From positions 84,196,001 through 84,260,000 of the forward strand of contig OZ024746.1 in assembly GCA_964016885.1 (NCBI GenBank): a stretch of DNA of 64,000 nt. The letters run 5' to 3'. The stretch comes from Eledone cirrhosa. Taxonomy: Eukaryota. Made by a program: the position numbers and the translations under genes. Positions 1-14,316 of this stretch are shown here, piece by piece (position 1 is the stretch's first letter; each line of letters starts with the position of its first letter). Under the pieces are notes generated by a model that saw nothing but the letters and a program-made list of their open reading frames with translations, searched no databases and was not told where the DNA came from.

Positions 1-469
1 TGCCTGGTTTATAACAACACATGTACATTTATGGAGAAAACCGGTTTCCATACTTAGTAACAATATCCAGTTGGCCCATCTTCCTTTCGTTTAATTATTT
101 ACACATTTAGCATATATCGTTGCTGATATTTTTACACCTTTCTTTTAATTCCCATTTTTTTTTTTGTTCATTTGTTGGAGGATTTTGTAGGCTTTTTTAT
201 TTCTGAATTCAATGCCTTATAGTGGTCTAATAAAAAGATCAATAGTCCACCTACTGGAACACAACATCCATGGATTTTGCTCCAACAACCTGCTACTTTC
301 ACGCCAACCACAAATTGTATTCCTACTCGATCATTAAATTTCCCACCTTCTATATCTAACTCGTCTCCGTTCTATATACTTATGTAGTCTAGAAGCAACA
401 ATATCCACTCTTGGCCGGGATTATTTATCAACTATAATAATATGCCAAGTGTGTCGCCTCTCCCCGTCA

Positions 470-620
470 TAATCTTCAGAGTTCAAATACCGTCGAGGTT
501 AGCTTTGCTTTTCATACTAACGGGGTCGATAAAATAAAGTGCCAGTAATGCACTGGAGTCGGTGTATTCGACTTTCCCCTCCCCACAAATTGCTGGCCAT
601 GTGCCTTAATTAGAAATCAT
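470..620 (+). mobile_element. tRNA-derived SINE (Deu/Nin-like core), older 5'-truncated copy
   Basis: Box B-like gagttcaaatac followed by family core tttcatactaacggggtcgataaaataaagtgccag. Confidence 0.75.
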
Positions 621-685
621 TGATTTATCTGAAACCAAGGAATCGCGTGATTTTTAATAAATAGCTATTGTAATATAGGCAGAAA

Positions 686-862
686 CAAGGGTGTGTGGTT
701 AAGAATCTCTCTTGTCAACTCCGTCATCCCCATTGCGTGTCACCTAGGACATATGTCTTCTACAATAGCCTCGTCTTGATTAATGTCTTGGGAGTGGAAT
801 TTTGAAGACGGAAACTGTGCAGATGCCTGATTCGTATATATACACGTGAGTGTGTGCGTGTA

Positions 863-909
<47 letters not shown>

Positions 910-1162
910 ATGTGTGTGTGTGTGTGGGTGCATGAGTGTGTGTCTGTATGAGTGTGTATAGATGTGTCTATGTGAATGTGTGTGTTTATGCTTACACTGA
1001 TCCCAAAACAATGTTGTATTTGTTTTGTCTTGTGTCCCTTTATTACCGTATTTTTGCAGTTTAACATTCGGCAAATAGAAATCGATAAACTAAGAACCAA
1101 ACCACGGTCGATATGATCGACTACACTGTCAAAGGTGATCCGCAACATGTCCGCATTTCAAG
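686..1162 (+). mobile_element. SINE-like element with internal (TA)/(TG) microsatellite
   Basis: tRNA-like head gtgtgtggttaagaa, internal SSR, 3' part ggtcgatatgatcgact; related pieces near 51315-51550 and 59150-59350. Confidence 0.55.
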
Positions 1163-1738
1163 TATTTATTTAAGAATTCATTTAAGTACATATTGCATAC
1201 TTTCATACTTGGTATGAGATTTTAGAGAGAAGTAAGTACGTGACAAAAGCTGCTCTGCTTCTGAGAATGTCATAAAAATCTTATGGTGTGATGGAAGGCT
1301 AAAGAAAAGAAACGAACATCTCAAATCACAGACATGAGTAATTTCATTGGAGTTTAGCCCGAGTTCCTGGTTAACTATGACACCACCTACAGTTGGGTAT
1401 ACTTAGCAATGTGCCATGACATGTCAGAAATGGCATTGTATAATAACTCACCCATCTGTATAGCTAACTATATTTATAATAAAAGCAATAAAGAAATTTA
1501 TAATAAAAGCGTATATTGATTCATGCAGAATACTTTTTACATATACTAAACATACATATAGTCTCGTTGGAAGTATATTAAACTCTGATTATATCACTGC
1601 TTCCTAGATACCGGCGAAAGAGTGTTGTATACATATATTTCAGAATCTTTGTTCATTATCAGTAGGTACTTGAAAGTCTTAAAGATATGTTTCACATAGT
1701 ACAGCGAGACTATACGTATGTTTATTATATATAAACAT

Positions 1739-1855
1739 TCTGAGTTCAAATCCCGCCGAAGTTAACTTTGCCTTTCATCCTTACGGGGTCGATAAAATAA
1801 AGTACCAGTAATACACTGGTTAATTGCTGGCCTTGTGCATAAGTAGAAACAATTA
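1739..1855 (+). mobile_element. Deu/Nin-core SINE, 5'-truncated, with TSD
   Basis: ctgagttcaaatcccgcc...agaaacaatt; attatatataaacat repeated on both flanks. Confidence 0.9.
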
Positions 1856-2083
1856 TATATAAACATATTGTATACGGGTCCCTATACGCCTTTATTATGA
1901 ATTACGCTCTGCTAGCGTTATCGCTAATTAATACTAACTAATAAAGCTTTCACTATATGTAAGTAAGCTTTCGTCAACATATATTCAACACTCCTCTACT
2001 GGTACTAGGGTAGTTGTGATATAAACACGGCTTAAAATACCCACAAAAATAATATATGTATATTTATTATATATAAGAAAGAA

Positions 2084-2257
2084 ACGATCGACTTTCGTCA
2101 AATCGGACCGAGGGAACAATGTTTCCGTTGGTCTTTCCAATTGCTAATACTATCTATCGGTCGCAACTCCAGGTAGAAGGAGAAACGTGAAATAAAGTGT
2201 CTTGCTCAAGGACATAACGCATCACCTGGTCTCTAACCACTCAGCCACACGCCTTCA
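2084..2257 (-). mobile_element. Second tRNA-derived SINE family (gtccttgagcaagacacttt core)
   Basis: Reverse complement begins gaaggcgtgtggctgagtggttag; closely similar to the copy at 41125-41345. Confidence 0.8.
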
Positions 2258-2602
2258 CTTAATAAATACATTGTATATTGAATATATAATTTTACAGTGT
2301 TGTGTGACATGATTATCATTGCTCCTTCCTGAATTATCAAAATATTTAGAACCGATAAGACTTACAGAAACTGATAGTAAGAAAATGAATAAGGAACTGA
2401 AAAACAGAACCAACCTATTTAGATAAGTACGTAGAAATAAATCTGCCAAATACGCCGCCTTACATTTGCTACACAAAGACTTGATGGTCATGAGCGGAAT
2501 GTATTTGTGGAACATATTTTTTGTTCATATCAACATCTACAAGTCATCCGGGGAAGAAATTGGCGAAATAGGTGAATACGATAACAAAACATCTAGTTAT
2601 AC

Positions 2603-2688
<86 letters not shown>

Positions 2689-2849
2689 TAGTATTGACGA
2701 ACGTGAGAATAAGTACTCAATACCATAGCAGAGATTATATAACACACACACACACACACCCACACCCGCACACACACACACCCGCACACACACACACACA
2801 CACACCCACACAACCCCCCCCCCCCCCCACACACACACCACACACACAC

Positions 2850-2928
<79 letters not shown>

Positions 2929-3462
2929 GAAATACCAACATGAAGAACTGAACTAATCCGGATATTTACTAGCTATTTGTTGATAAGAATTAAAAAAAAA
3001 ACACCTATTAGGTTAAAGAAGCAGGCTAAGAATAACTATGCTGCATATATATATATGGGACGGGAGAGGAAGGGGGTAAAACAATGCTTGCTGTAACGGC
3101 CATTTAAATGTTAGAATATTTCACCGGAATCAACAGTGTCGAAAACAGTAATCAATAGGGAATGGTGGAAGCATTCTTCTGAAAAATGACTTTCGTTAAA
3201 AAATCAATGTCTGCCAAAATGGTTGTACTTTGAAAAGGAATAAGACGAAAGACGTTAAAACTGTTTAATTACTTATTTGTTTAAATAGTATTAGTTTTCT
3301 TTTGGTTATTTTTTTTTCGTTTAACAACTTTATTTACATTATTCTTAAACTCCGGAGCTGAGAATCATTCGGTTATTCTAAATAGAATATTAGTCTAACG
3401 ACTCCCTTTATACCATAAACGTGGTTTTGTCTTTGCAAGAAATCGTTCTCATCGCTCCACGT

Positions 3463-3655
3463 AATTGTTTCTACTTTTGGCACAAGGCCAGCAATTGTCC
3501 CAGTGCATTACTGGTACTTTATTTTATCGACCCCGTAAGGATGAAAGGCAAAGTTAACCTCGGTGGGATTTGAACTCAGACCATAAAGGGCCGTAACTCT
3601 TTGCTGAAAAGCATGACGTCAGAGCCGCTACCGATACTGCCAATCCACCTCCCTC
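3463..3655 (-). mobile_element. Deu/Nin-core SINE, full length
   Basis: Box A tggcagtatcggtag, box B gagttcaaatccc, core and aacaatt tail on minus strand. Confidence 0.9.
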
Positions 3656-4744
3656 CACATAATGACGTAATATAATACAACACCAGTTGTAAAATAGTAA
3701 ATAAAAAAAAAAGAGAGGTTGTACGTCTTAATCCGTATGGTGAGCAAATGGGGTCCCACGTGCTGGCCTCCCCACAGCCCCGGGGGACAGGATGGAGAAG
3801 GCGTTTCCCCGGGGGATGGTAAGGGAGATGCGCTGGAAGAGCCATTCCATCTCACGAGGCTCTGTTGATATACTTTCTTTATTCATTAAGTATTATATAA
3901 TAGTCAAGTGTGTGTTTATATGCTCACCCGTGTGTGTCTGTGTATGTGTATGTCTATGTGTGTATATGTATATGTGTATGTGTGTGTATGTGTGTGTATG
4001 TGTATGTGTATATATATATGTGTGTGTGTGTATGTGTGTGTGTGTATATGTGTATATATGTGTATATGTCTATGTGTCTATGTGTGTATATCTGTGAGTG
4101 TATGTGTTTATCTAAATGTGTATGTGTATATCTCTGTGTGTATGTGTGTATCTGTGTGCGTATGTGTATAGCTGTGTGTGTGTGTGTGTGTGTATGTTAT
4201 ATCTAAATGTATATGTGTATATCTGTGTGTGTATGTGATTATCTAAATATGTATGTATGTATATATCTGTGTGTGTATATGTGTATGTGTGTGTGTGTGC
4301 GTATATTTGTGTGTGTATTGTGTGTGTATGTGTGTGTATGCACGCATGTATGTGTGCACATCTGTGTGTTTATGTATTCCCGCCAAATAGCCTATGCACT
4401 ATTGTGTGGTGTGTATGTGTGTGTATTTTTAGGTTTCTATATGACTGCATGTGTATCTTTGTGTCTGCGTATGCATCTGTGCATGTGTGTGTGTATGAGT
4501 TTATTCATGAGTGTATATGTGTGTATGTATATATGAGTATATGTGTATATGTGTGTTATTGTTTATGTGATTCCATGTATGCTTGATTCTTTAAAAAACG
4601 TAACAAGGGCATATTTGTTCCCGTTCGTCTTTAAGCAACCGGTTATCAATGTTCTGAAAAAAAATATTGTTTACAAATATATCATGCACACACACATACA
4701 CATAGTCACACATACATACATGCACACATACATACATACATACA

Positions 4745-4777
<33 letters not shown>

Positions 4778-4898
4778 GTGAACCATAAGAGGTGTTTTGT
4801 TCGAATCCCCGCAGGCGTATTTGTCCAACTTTTCCTGTTTCACGGCTTCTTTTAAAACCCAATTTATTCTATTACTTTTAGTTATCAACTATTATTAC

Positions 4899-5020
4899 AT
4901 CTGAGTTCAAATCCCGCCGAGGTTGACTTTGCCTTTCATCCTTACGGGGTCGATAAAATAAAGTACCAGTAATGTACTGGGATAATTGCTGGCTTTGTGG
5001 CAAAAATAGAAACAGTTATT
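4899..5020 (+). mobile_element. Deu/Nin-core SINE, 5'-truncated
   Basis: Family consensus from box B to tail; ttattaca on both flanks. Confidence 0.85.
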
Positions 5021-5040
5021 ACAGTATTGTGGCGAGCAAC

Positions 5041-5570
<530 letters not shown>

Positions 5571-5815
5571 TATATACATGGTGGCTGCCAACTCGTTATC
5601 GAATACGGCCACTACTTTATATCCATGTAGGAGAACCCCTACCGAGGCGCTGAACAAGTGTGACTTTTTAGTCCAGCCAGCGACTTGAAAACTCTGGTAC
5701 AAACACTACACTTGTGACAATTATTGACACATAGTGCTGGACACATGGTACCATGTGATGACAAATGTAGAGAGATCTCCAGATATAAAGCAATGCCATA
5801 CATACATGCATACAC

Positions 5816-5919
<104 letters not shown>

Positions 5920-6245
5920 CAAGCCATAATCATCCACAATATCTGGTTTCTTTGAAGTTGTGGCTACCAAGTAATATAAGCACAATATACTCTTTAGTAC
6001 ACTAAATACTTAATCCTATCTCAAGAATAACCCTTTGTACTCGAGAACTTTTAGCGGAGATATCATCCTTCTGTAGTCAATAAATTCATTTCTTGTCAAA
6101 TACTGAGGTGAGGATAATCGATATAATCCAGTAATTACAGAAAACATTAAAATAATCTATAAACAATATCAAAGACAAGTGTCTTTGCCACGGCGGCATG
6201 ACACCAACTGTTGAATATCTAACAAGTAGACCGACTCCCTGTGTG

Positions 6246-6287
<42 letters not shown>

Positions 6288-6444
6288 TGTGTGTGGGTGT
6301 GTGGGTGTGTGGGTGTTTGGGTGTTTGGGTGTGTGGGTGTTTGTGTGTGTGTGTGTGCGCGTGCGTGCGTGTGTGAGTGTGTTTGTGTGAGTGTGTGTGT
6401 GAGGGTGTGTGCGCGTGTGTGTGAGGGTGTGTGCGCGTGTGTTT

Positions 6445-6509
<65 letters not shown>

Positions 6510-6781
6510 TGTGTACAGTACTGCAGTCCCGACTGTCAGGAAATTATTTATGTACCACTGATAGAAATTCAGGAAATTTGGTATATTACACTTATACTGA
6601 ATAGAACAAAGATGGCGTGTTACTAGAGGAAAAAAAAATGAAAAAGACGATATACATTATACTCAATGACGTTTAATAATTCTCTCTTTCTAAAGTTTAT
6701 CATACGTATTTCATATAAGATTTAACGTGATATGTTGTCATATGATGTGTCGTTGCATAGGCTTCATCAACTAAAACTTAT

Positions 6782-7135
6782 TGTTATTGCTGTTGTTGTT
6801 GTTGGTGGTGGTGGTGGTGGGGGTGTTGGTGTTGTTGGTAGTATTGTTGGTAGGGTGGTGGTGGGGGGGGATGTTACTGCAGCTGTTGTTGTTGTTGTTG
6901 GTGGTGGTGGTAGTGGTAGTTGTAGTGGTAGTGGTGGTGATAGTGATGTTGCTGCTGTTGTTGTTGTTGGTGGTGATGGTGGTGGTGGTGGTGTTGCTGG
7001 TGTTGTTGCTGTTGTTGTTGTTGTTGTTGTTGCTGTTGTTGCTGTTGTTGTTGTTGTTGGTGGTGGTGGTGATGTTGTTGATGTTGTTGTTGGTGGTGGT
7101 GGTGGTGGTGGTGGTGGTGTTGCTGGTGTTGTTGC

Positions 7136-7166
<31 letters not shown>

Positions 7167-7260
7167 GCTGTTGTTGTTGTTGTTGGTGGTGGTGGTGATG
7201 TTGTTGATGTTGCTGTTGTTGTTGGTGATGGTGGTGGTGAGGATGTTTCTGTTGTTGTTT

Positions 7261-7292
<32 letters not shown>

Positions 7293-7384
7293 GGTGGTGG
7301 TGTTGTTGTTGTTGTTGTTGGTGGTGGTGGTGTTGTTGCTGCTGCTGTTGTTGTTGTTGGTGGTGGTGGTGTTGTTGTTGCTGC

Positions 7385-7415
<31 letters not shown>

Positions 7416-7432
7416 GTTGTTGTTGCTGCTGC

Positions 7433-7463
<31 letters not shown>

Positions 7464-7545
7464 GTTGTTGCTGCTGCTGTTGTTGTTGTTGTTGGCGGCG
7501 GTGGTGGTGGTGGCGGTGGTGGCATTAATTTTGTTGTTGTTGGTG
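6782..7545. repeat. Compound (GTT/GGT/GCT)n trinucleotide satellite
   Basis: Direct inspection; internal higher-order blocks. Confidence 0.95.
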
Positions 7546-8060
7546 ATGTGTTGGCAGATTTGGGAGGACGTCAGAAAAAATGATATTGCGCTACGAGTTC
7601 CAGCTCTTTACGCTCAGAGTTCAAATCCCGCTCAGATCTACTCCTCCTCCTCCTACCCACAAACTGCTGACCTTGTATCGAGATTAAAGATCCTTTTGGT
7701 TCAAATCCCACCGAGATCAACTTTGCCTTGGACCCTTCCGAGGTCGATAAAATAAAGTACCAACAAAATACTGGGGTTGAATAAAATCTACTTTCCTCTT
7801 CTACATATGTTAGAAAGAATCAATATTATTTTGTTGAGCGTGGGTTGGCAGTATCGGTAGAGGGTCGGATGCCATGTTTTGCAGCATATAGCTACGGCCC
7901 TTTACGGCCTGAGTTCAAATCTCGCCGAGGTTTTCCTTAAGTATTTCCCGGAAGAAAGCATAGATAGAGAGAATATAACCTCTTTTAAAGTTTGGTTTCT
8001 TTTTTCCAGTCTAGCCGCCACCTTGTGTACATTACTTGTACTATTTTGTAGTTAACATTA

Positions 8061-8280
8061 AGGCGGTGGGTTTGCGGAATAGTTAGGGGCGTCGGACAAA
8101 ATGCTTTGCAGTATTTAGTTAAGGATCTTTACGTTCTGAGTTCAAATCCCGACGAGGTCAGCTTTACCTTTCATCCTTCCGGGGTCGATAAAATAAAATA
8201 GCAGTCATGTACTGGAGTCATTATAATGGACCCCCCCCCCCCCCGCAAATGATTGGCCTTTTATCTAAATTAGAAGTTTT
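8061..8280 (+). mobile_element. Deu/Nin-core SINE, long older subfamily
   Basis: ggcggtggg head, box B, ccttccggggtcgataaaataaa core, extra 3' segment. Confidence 0.8.
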
Positions 8281-8394
8281 TATATTATAGTTAACTAAAG
8301 TCTAAAAAAATAAAGTCTAACGCAACAGTATTGACACACAAACATACACACATACACAGTAGCTTTATTTTTTAAGATATATTTATCAAACTTG

Positions 8395-9175
8395 GGTCAG
8401 TTTGTCTTCATGACTTGTTCTTTTGATCTCACTCGATAAACCCGCCGTTGGCTTTGATGACGACCTCAAGGCGGCCTCGGAACCGGCTACAGGCCTTCTT
8501 CACTGTACCCGACTTAGGCCCCTAAAGGCACTTGTGATACTGGCCTTCAGATCGTCTTTCGTATTGCAGCTAGATCTGTTGGTGTATCGTTCCACTGCAC
8601 CCCACACAATGAAGTCAAGGGGGTTGCAGTCAGGCGAGCTGGGAGGCCAGATGTCAGGTGAAATGTGGTCGACGAAGTTCTCTGACAGCCAGGCTTGGGT
8701 CTTTCAGCTGGTATGGCAGGGCGCTGAGTCTTGCTGCCACACGTACGGCTTACCTGCAGCTACCTGGTCGATCCAGGGCTTTACTACCTCCCTCAGAACA
8801 CGGATGTAGCCATCGGTGTTCAGCTTGAGGCCCTCAGGCAAGAAGTGAGGTGGCATGGCGTCACCTTGACTGCTGACGACACCTAAGACCAATGTTGTCG
8901 CTGGAAACTTTGTCTGCATGACTCTGGGCACGTCTTTGGATGAGACAGCGAGCCACTGTTGTTCTGGGAGTTGATCTTCTGGTCTTATTTGTCCTCCCGG
9001 CGCGGATTCCAAGAAGAACTCCGTGTCTCTTCCACAAGTTTGGAGGTTCAAAATTATTCATAATCAATTATTCTGAAAATAAATAATGGAAATATAATCA
9101 CTGTTTTGAGTGACAACGGAAGTAAAAAAAAATTTGCATAAAATTAGCAGTTGAAAATTGCGAATTGCATTAGAA
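8395..9175 (-). pseudogene. Tc1/mariner-superfamily DD37D (maT-type) transposase relic
   Basis: Minus strand VWQQDSAPCHTS*KTQAWLSENFVDHISPDIWPPSSPDCNPLDFIVWG: 37 residues between second and third catalytic D; in-frame stop and 5' deletion/frameshift. Confidence 0.9.
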
Positions 9176-9214
9176 ATGTTACATAACAACATTATTAATT
9201 ATTACATTTGATGC

Positions 9215-9857
9215 TTTGCCTTTCATCCTTATGGGGTCGATAAAATAAAGTACCAGTAATGTACTGGGTAATTGCTGGCCTTCTGCCAAAAGTAGAAACA
9301 ATTATTACATTAGATGCTCTCTGAGGAAGTAGTGTTGGTGGTTACGTGATGGAAACATTACGTAATTATTAACGCCACAGAAATATGTATTACGATAGAT
9401 TATGATTAAAATGAATTCTGAATATCTACATCTAGCCTTCTCAATTATCATTATTGTTTGTATCGGTGGATTGGCAGTATCGGCAGAGGGTCGGACGCCA
9501 TGCTTTGACGCATAGAGTTACGGCCCTTGCCATTCTGAGTTCAAATCCCGCCGAGGTTAACTTTGCCTTTCATCCTTACGGGGTCGATAAAATAAAGTAC
9601 CAGTAATACACTGGCTAATTGCTGGCCTTGTGCCAAAAGTAGAAACAATTATTGTTTGTATACCCGCAAGGGTGAATTAGCAGTATCGGTGGAGGGTCGG
9701 ACGCCATGCTTTCCAGCATAGTTACGTCCCTTTACGGTCTGAGTTCATATCCCGCCGAGGTTGACTTTGCCTTTCATCCTTACGGGGTCGATAAAATAAA
9801 GTACCAGTAATACACTGGTTAATTGCTGGCCTTGTGCCAAAAGTAGAAACAATTATT
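9215..9857 (+). mobile_element. Three Deu/Nin-core SINEs (truncated 9215-9305; tandem full-length 9464-9652 and 9669-9857)
   Basis: Consensus matches; attattgtttgtat occurs three times around the dimer. Confidence 0.92.
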
Positions 9858-10104
9858 GTTTGTATACGTATTTATATGCCTATACATATACAGGAGTTGA
9901 GACAAAGACAGGAGAATATATTTCCATACGTAGAACAGTATGGAAATATAATTTCCTGTCTTTGTCTCAACCCCTGTATATTTATACTCCGTAGAAAACC
10001 TACTAAAAATTATTCATGCTAATATTAAATATTATCTACGTTGAGTGCTAAGTAAGGCTTGCATCTTCTATAGTACACCTGGATTAATTAACTCATTAAA
10101 GTAA

Positions 10105-10180
<76 letters not shown>

Positions 10181-10443
10181 ATACATACATACATACATAC
10201 ATACATACATACATACATACATACATACAAACATACATACATGCATACATACAAAGGTAGAGAGAAATAGGTAGTCAAGGGATACCGTTGGTGCAAATAA
10301 CCTTGTGGCGTCTGTCTCCTCTCCATCTATATTTAGCTGTTGTTTTCTCTGTAGGAGACTTTTCCGCCTTTTGACAGGTTGTAATTTTAATTCTGCTGGA
10401 TGCCTACAAAACATTTTCATCCAGTAGTGCACACACACAACAC

Positions 10444-10543
<100 letters not shown>

Positions 10544-10858
10544 ATACAGCTTGCACTGTGATCCATACCTTCATCAGCTGTTTAGTAGATATCACAACGA
10601 TTTCGACACCTCCCGGGAGCTTCTTTCCCTCCAGTGGCGTACGAGCAGCATTAATATTAACACGAAATTTCCACATGTCATCCATGCAGCCATCACACCA
10701 AATCACGAGCAGCTGTAACAACCCAAATATTAGTAATTTGTTTTAATACTTACAGAAGATACATTTTTACTTATAGCTACATCTGCCATTCTAGGAAGAG
10801 TAAGAGTTTATCACTAAATAAAATATATATCCTCTTGGTCTCTTTTTTTATTACAAAG

Positions 10859-11325
10859 AATTGTTTCTACTTTAGGCACAAGGCCAGCAAATACCCAGTG
10901 CATTACTGGTACTTTATTTTATCGACTCCGTAAGGATGAAAGGCAAAGTCAACCTCGGCGGGATTTGAACTCAGATCGTAAAGGGACGTAACTATGCTGG
11001 AAAGCATGGCGTCCGACCCTCTACCGATACTGCCAATCCACCGAATAATGCAGTAACACTGGAATCCTTTATACGTTAATATATATAAACTAATATTTGG
11101 GGACCATTATTACAGCTGTATCGGTAGAACGTCGGACAACATGCTTTGCGGAATATAGTTGTAACCCTTTACATTCTGAGTTCAAAACCCTCTGAGGTTA
11201 GCTTTGCTTTTCATCCTTAAAGGTTCGATAAAATAAAGTACCAGTAACACACTACAGACTTTTAATCAACTTTCCCCTTGCCCTTCAAATTTTTGACCTC
11301 GTGCCAAAAAGTAGAAACATTTATT
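10859..11325. mobile_element. Head-to-head SINE pair (10859-11043 minus; 11118-11325 plus)
   Basis: Family consensus on opposite strands about 75 bp apart. Confidence 0.88.
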
Positions 11326-12640
11326 ACAACTGCGTTTCGTTTTGGTTTCTTTCCGGGAAACATTTTCTTTCTAGAATTATCACCTTTCCAGTTTTCTATG
11401 TTACTCATTATTTATCCCACATGCTCTGGATTACCAATAGTCTTTTTCATATTCAAATCAATAGATATTTTAAAAAATACGAACGGAAAGAACACACATG
11501 CTTTCGTCTACCATAATATTAATCAATATAAATCCATCATGTATTTTGATACAACAGAAAGAATTTTGCTAAACTTATCTAGATGTCTCTGAATGAATAA
11601 TGCCAAAGGCATTCTTAAAATCAGGGAAATTAATGACTACAGTTGGCATAAATTCACAGCGCCGCTCAATAATGTTACGTACGTTGGATATTTACTTTTC
11701 CCATGATCTCTTGTTACCAAAAACTACCCTACTGTTTACAGAGATTGCTGTCTAACTTTCTTCTTGATCTATTCCGCATCACAGTACAAAAGAGCTTCCC
11801 AGGAACAGACGACAATGTGATGCCTCTTTAATTATTGTAATCAGTTACATACCTCTTATTTGGCATAATTAAAATAATCCTTTCCTTTCCAGTTATTTGG
11901 CACCTTTTCTGTGTGCCATATCAGGTGGAAAATTTAGACAAACTTTCAAAAGACCTTGAGTATGATACAGTCTAGCAGTCTAGTTATTCTTTTGTGTCTA
12001 ATGTCTGTAAGGGTGTCTTGCTCTGTTATGTCTCCCAGTGATACATTCAATCAAGGAGAATATGTTTCCTATAACAAAACCAAAAGAGCTACGTGGTAGT
12101 AGCCGATTGAAAACACTCTAAATGTGTTCAACTAATCTTTGGGATAGAAAATCACTTGTTAATAGGATGCTGCAATCTTTACCCTTTATTGGTGTCTGAT
12201 CACCTATATTTATTTATCCTCTCCATTGTATCTTACTAATTTTCAAAAATCTAGACTTTACTATTTCATCTTTTTTTCAGTATTTCGTCCATATTTCATT
12301 CCTAGAATACAGTGTGTAAATTCCAGTAAATTCGCGTTTGTAACGTGTTTCACATTGAAGATCTGAATTATTGGGCAGCCTTTCAAGCATTGGGCTGCCA
12401 TATTTGTTCCAATTTCGTTAAAAAAACTGCTATTTCTCTTCTGCCGTTCTTGTTTACGACTGTTTCTCATCGCTTCTTTGGCGAGCTATGTTGTTTTTAC
12501 AGTGTTAGATTGCTAGACCAACGCCCAGTCAATGAGAATTATCTTTTAACACACGGATGAGAACCCATTGCCGGTTGGTATGCATGTCACAGTTACCTGG
12601 GCCCTATCTCCTCTGAAAGTGTCTTCCAGTATTAGCTTAC

Positions 12641-12825
12641 GGTGGATTGGCAGTATTGGTAGAGTGTCGGATGCCATGCTTTGACGCATAGAGTTATGGC
12701 CCTTGCCATTCTGAGTTCAAATCCCGCCGAGGTTAACTTTGCCTTTCATCCTTACGGGGTCGATAAAATAAAGTACCAGTAATACACTGGGTAATTGCTG
12801 GCCTTGTGCCTAACGTAGAAACAAG
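12641..12825 (+). mobile_element. Deu/Nin-core SINE, full length, with TSD
   Basis: agtattagcttac on both flanks. Confidence 0.93.
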
Positions 12826-13110
12826 TATTAGCTTACCATCAGTCTTTAGTTAAAAAACCTTACTCGCAATGTAGCGAAAAACAAAGTTTTGAGTACTGGA
12901 GAGCCTCTTTTTGTCAGATCCTCGTTAACATGACACCCCAATTTGTCCGCTCTAAAGTACCACACACAGAGTTGGCATTGACTTGTCTCAGAGAAATTAT
13001 ATACTGCGCTAAACTCGTACTAGCCTGTATGTATTTATGACTGTGTATGCGTGCGAGTATCTATGTGTTTATATATCTATATGAATATATTTACACACAC
13101 ACACACACAC

Positions 13111-13191
<81 letters not shown>

Positions 13192-13521
13192 GTGTATGTA
13201 TTTACATATAAACGTATGTGTGTATGTGCGTATAGTATGTTTATTTACAGGATACTAATTTCCTTTTGACTTGGTACAATGCCAGTTTATTTTCTTTTAT
13301 TATTATTATATTTATATCTTCCTTTCAGTGGTGGTGGTAAAGTTAGTTTAATGGACCACATTGTTACTTACACTTATTATATCGACTCTCCTAGGAATGA
13401 ACTCACAACGGTAAGAGGGAATTCTGAACATCTCAACACCGACTGCCATTTTCTGCCAACTCACCGTCTATATTTATAGAACATTATATCCAATATGAGA
13501 TGATTATATAAACCATCTGTT

Positions 13522-14100
<579 letters not shown>

Positions 14101-14211
14101 TGTTTGTTAAAAAAATCTGTTGGTCGTTGTATTTACTTAGAATATTTATTTATATCGAATACCACATCTCGGAAGCTTTTGCAGACGTCTATGTTATCTT
14201 ACCTGCTGGTT

Positions 14212-14254
<43 letters not shown>

Positions 14255-14260
14255 ATATAG

Positions 14261-14316
<56 letters not shown>

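Noticed and set aside
6732-7755. Mucin/extensin-like Pro-Thr ORF and Val/Gly ORFs
   Set aside because: Open in several frames on both strands, runs into SINE sequence, no non-repetitive domain
9315-9370. ctgagga...gaaac...gta hammerhead-like spacing
   Set aside because: No stem I or stem II complementarity
9464-9560. tRNA gene-like box A/box B
   Set aside because: SINE head; continues into SINE body and lacks a proper cloverleaf
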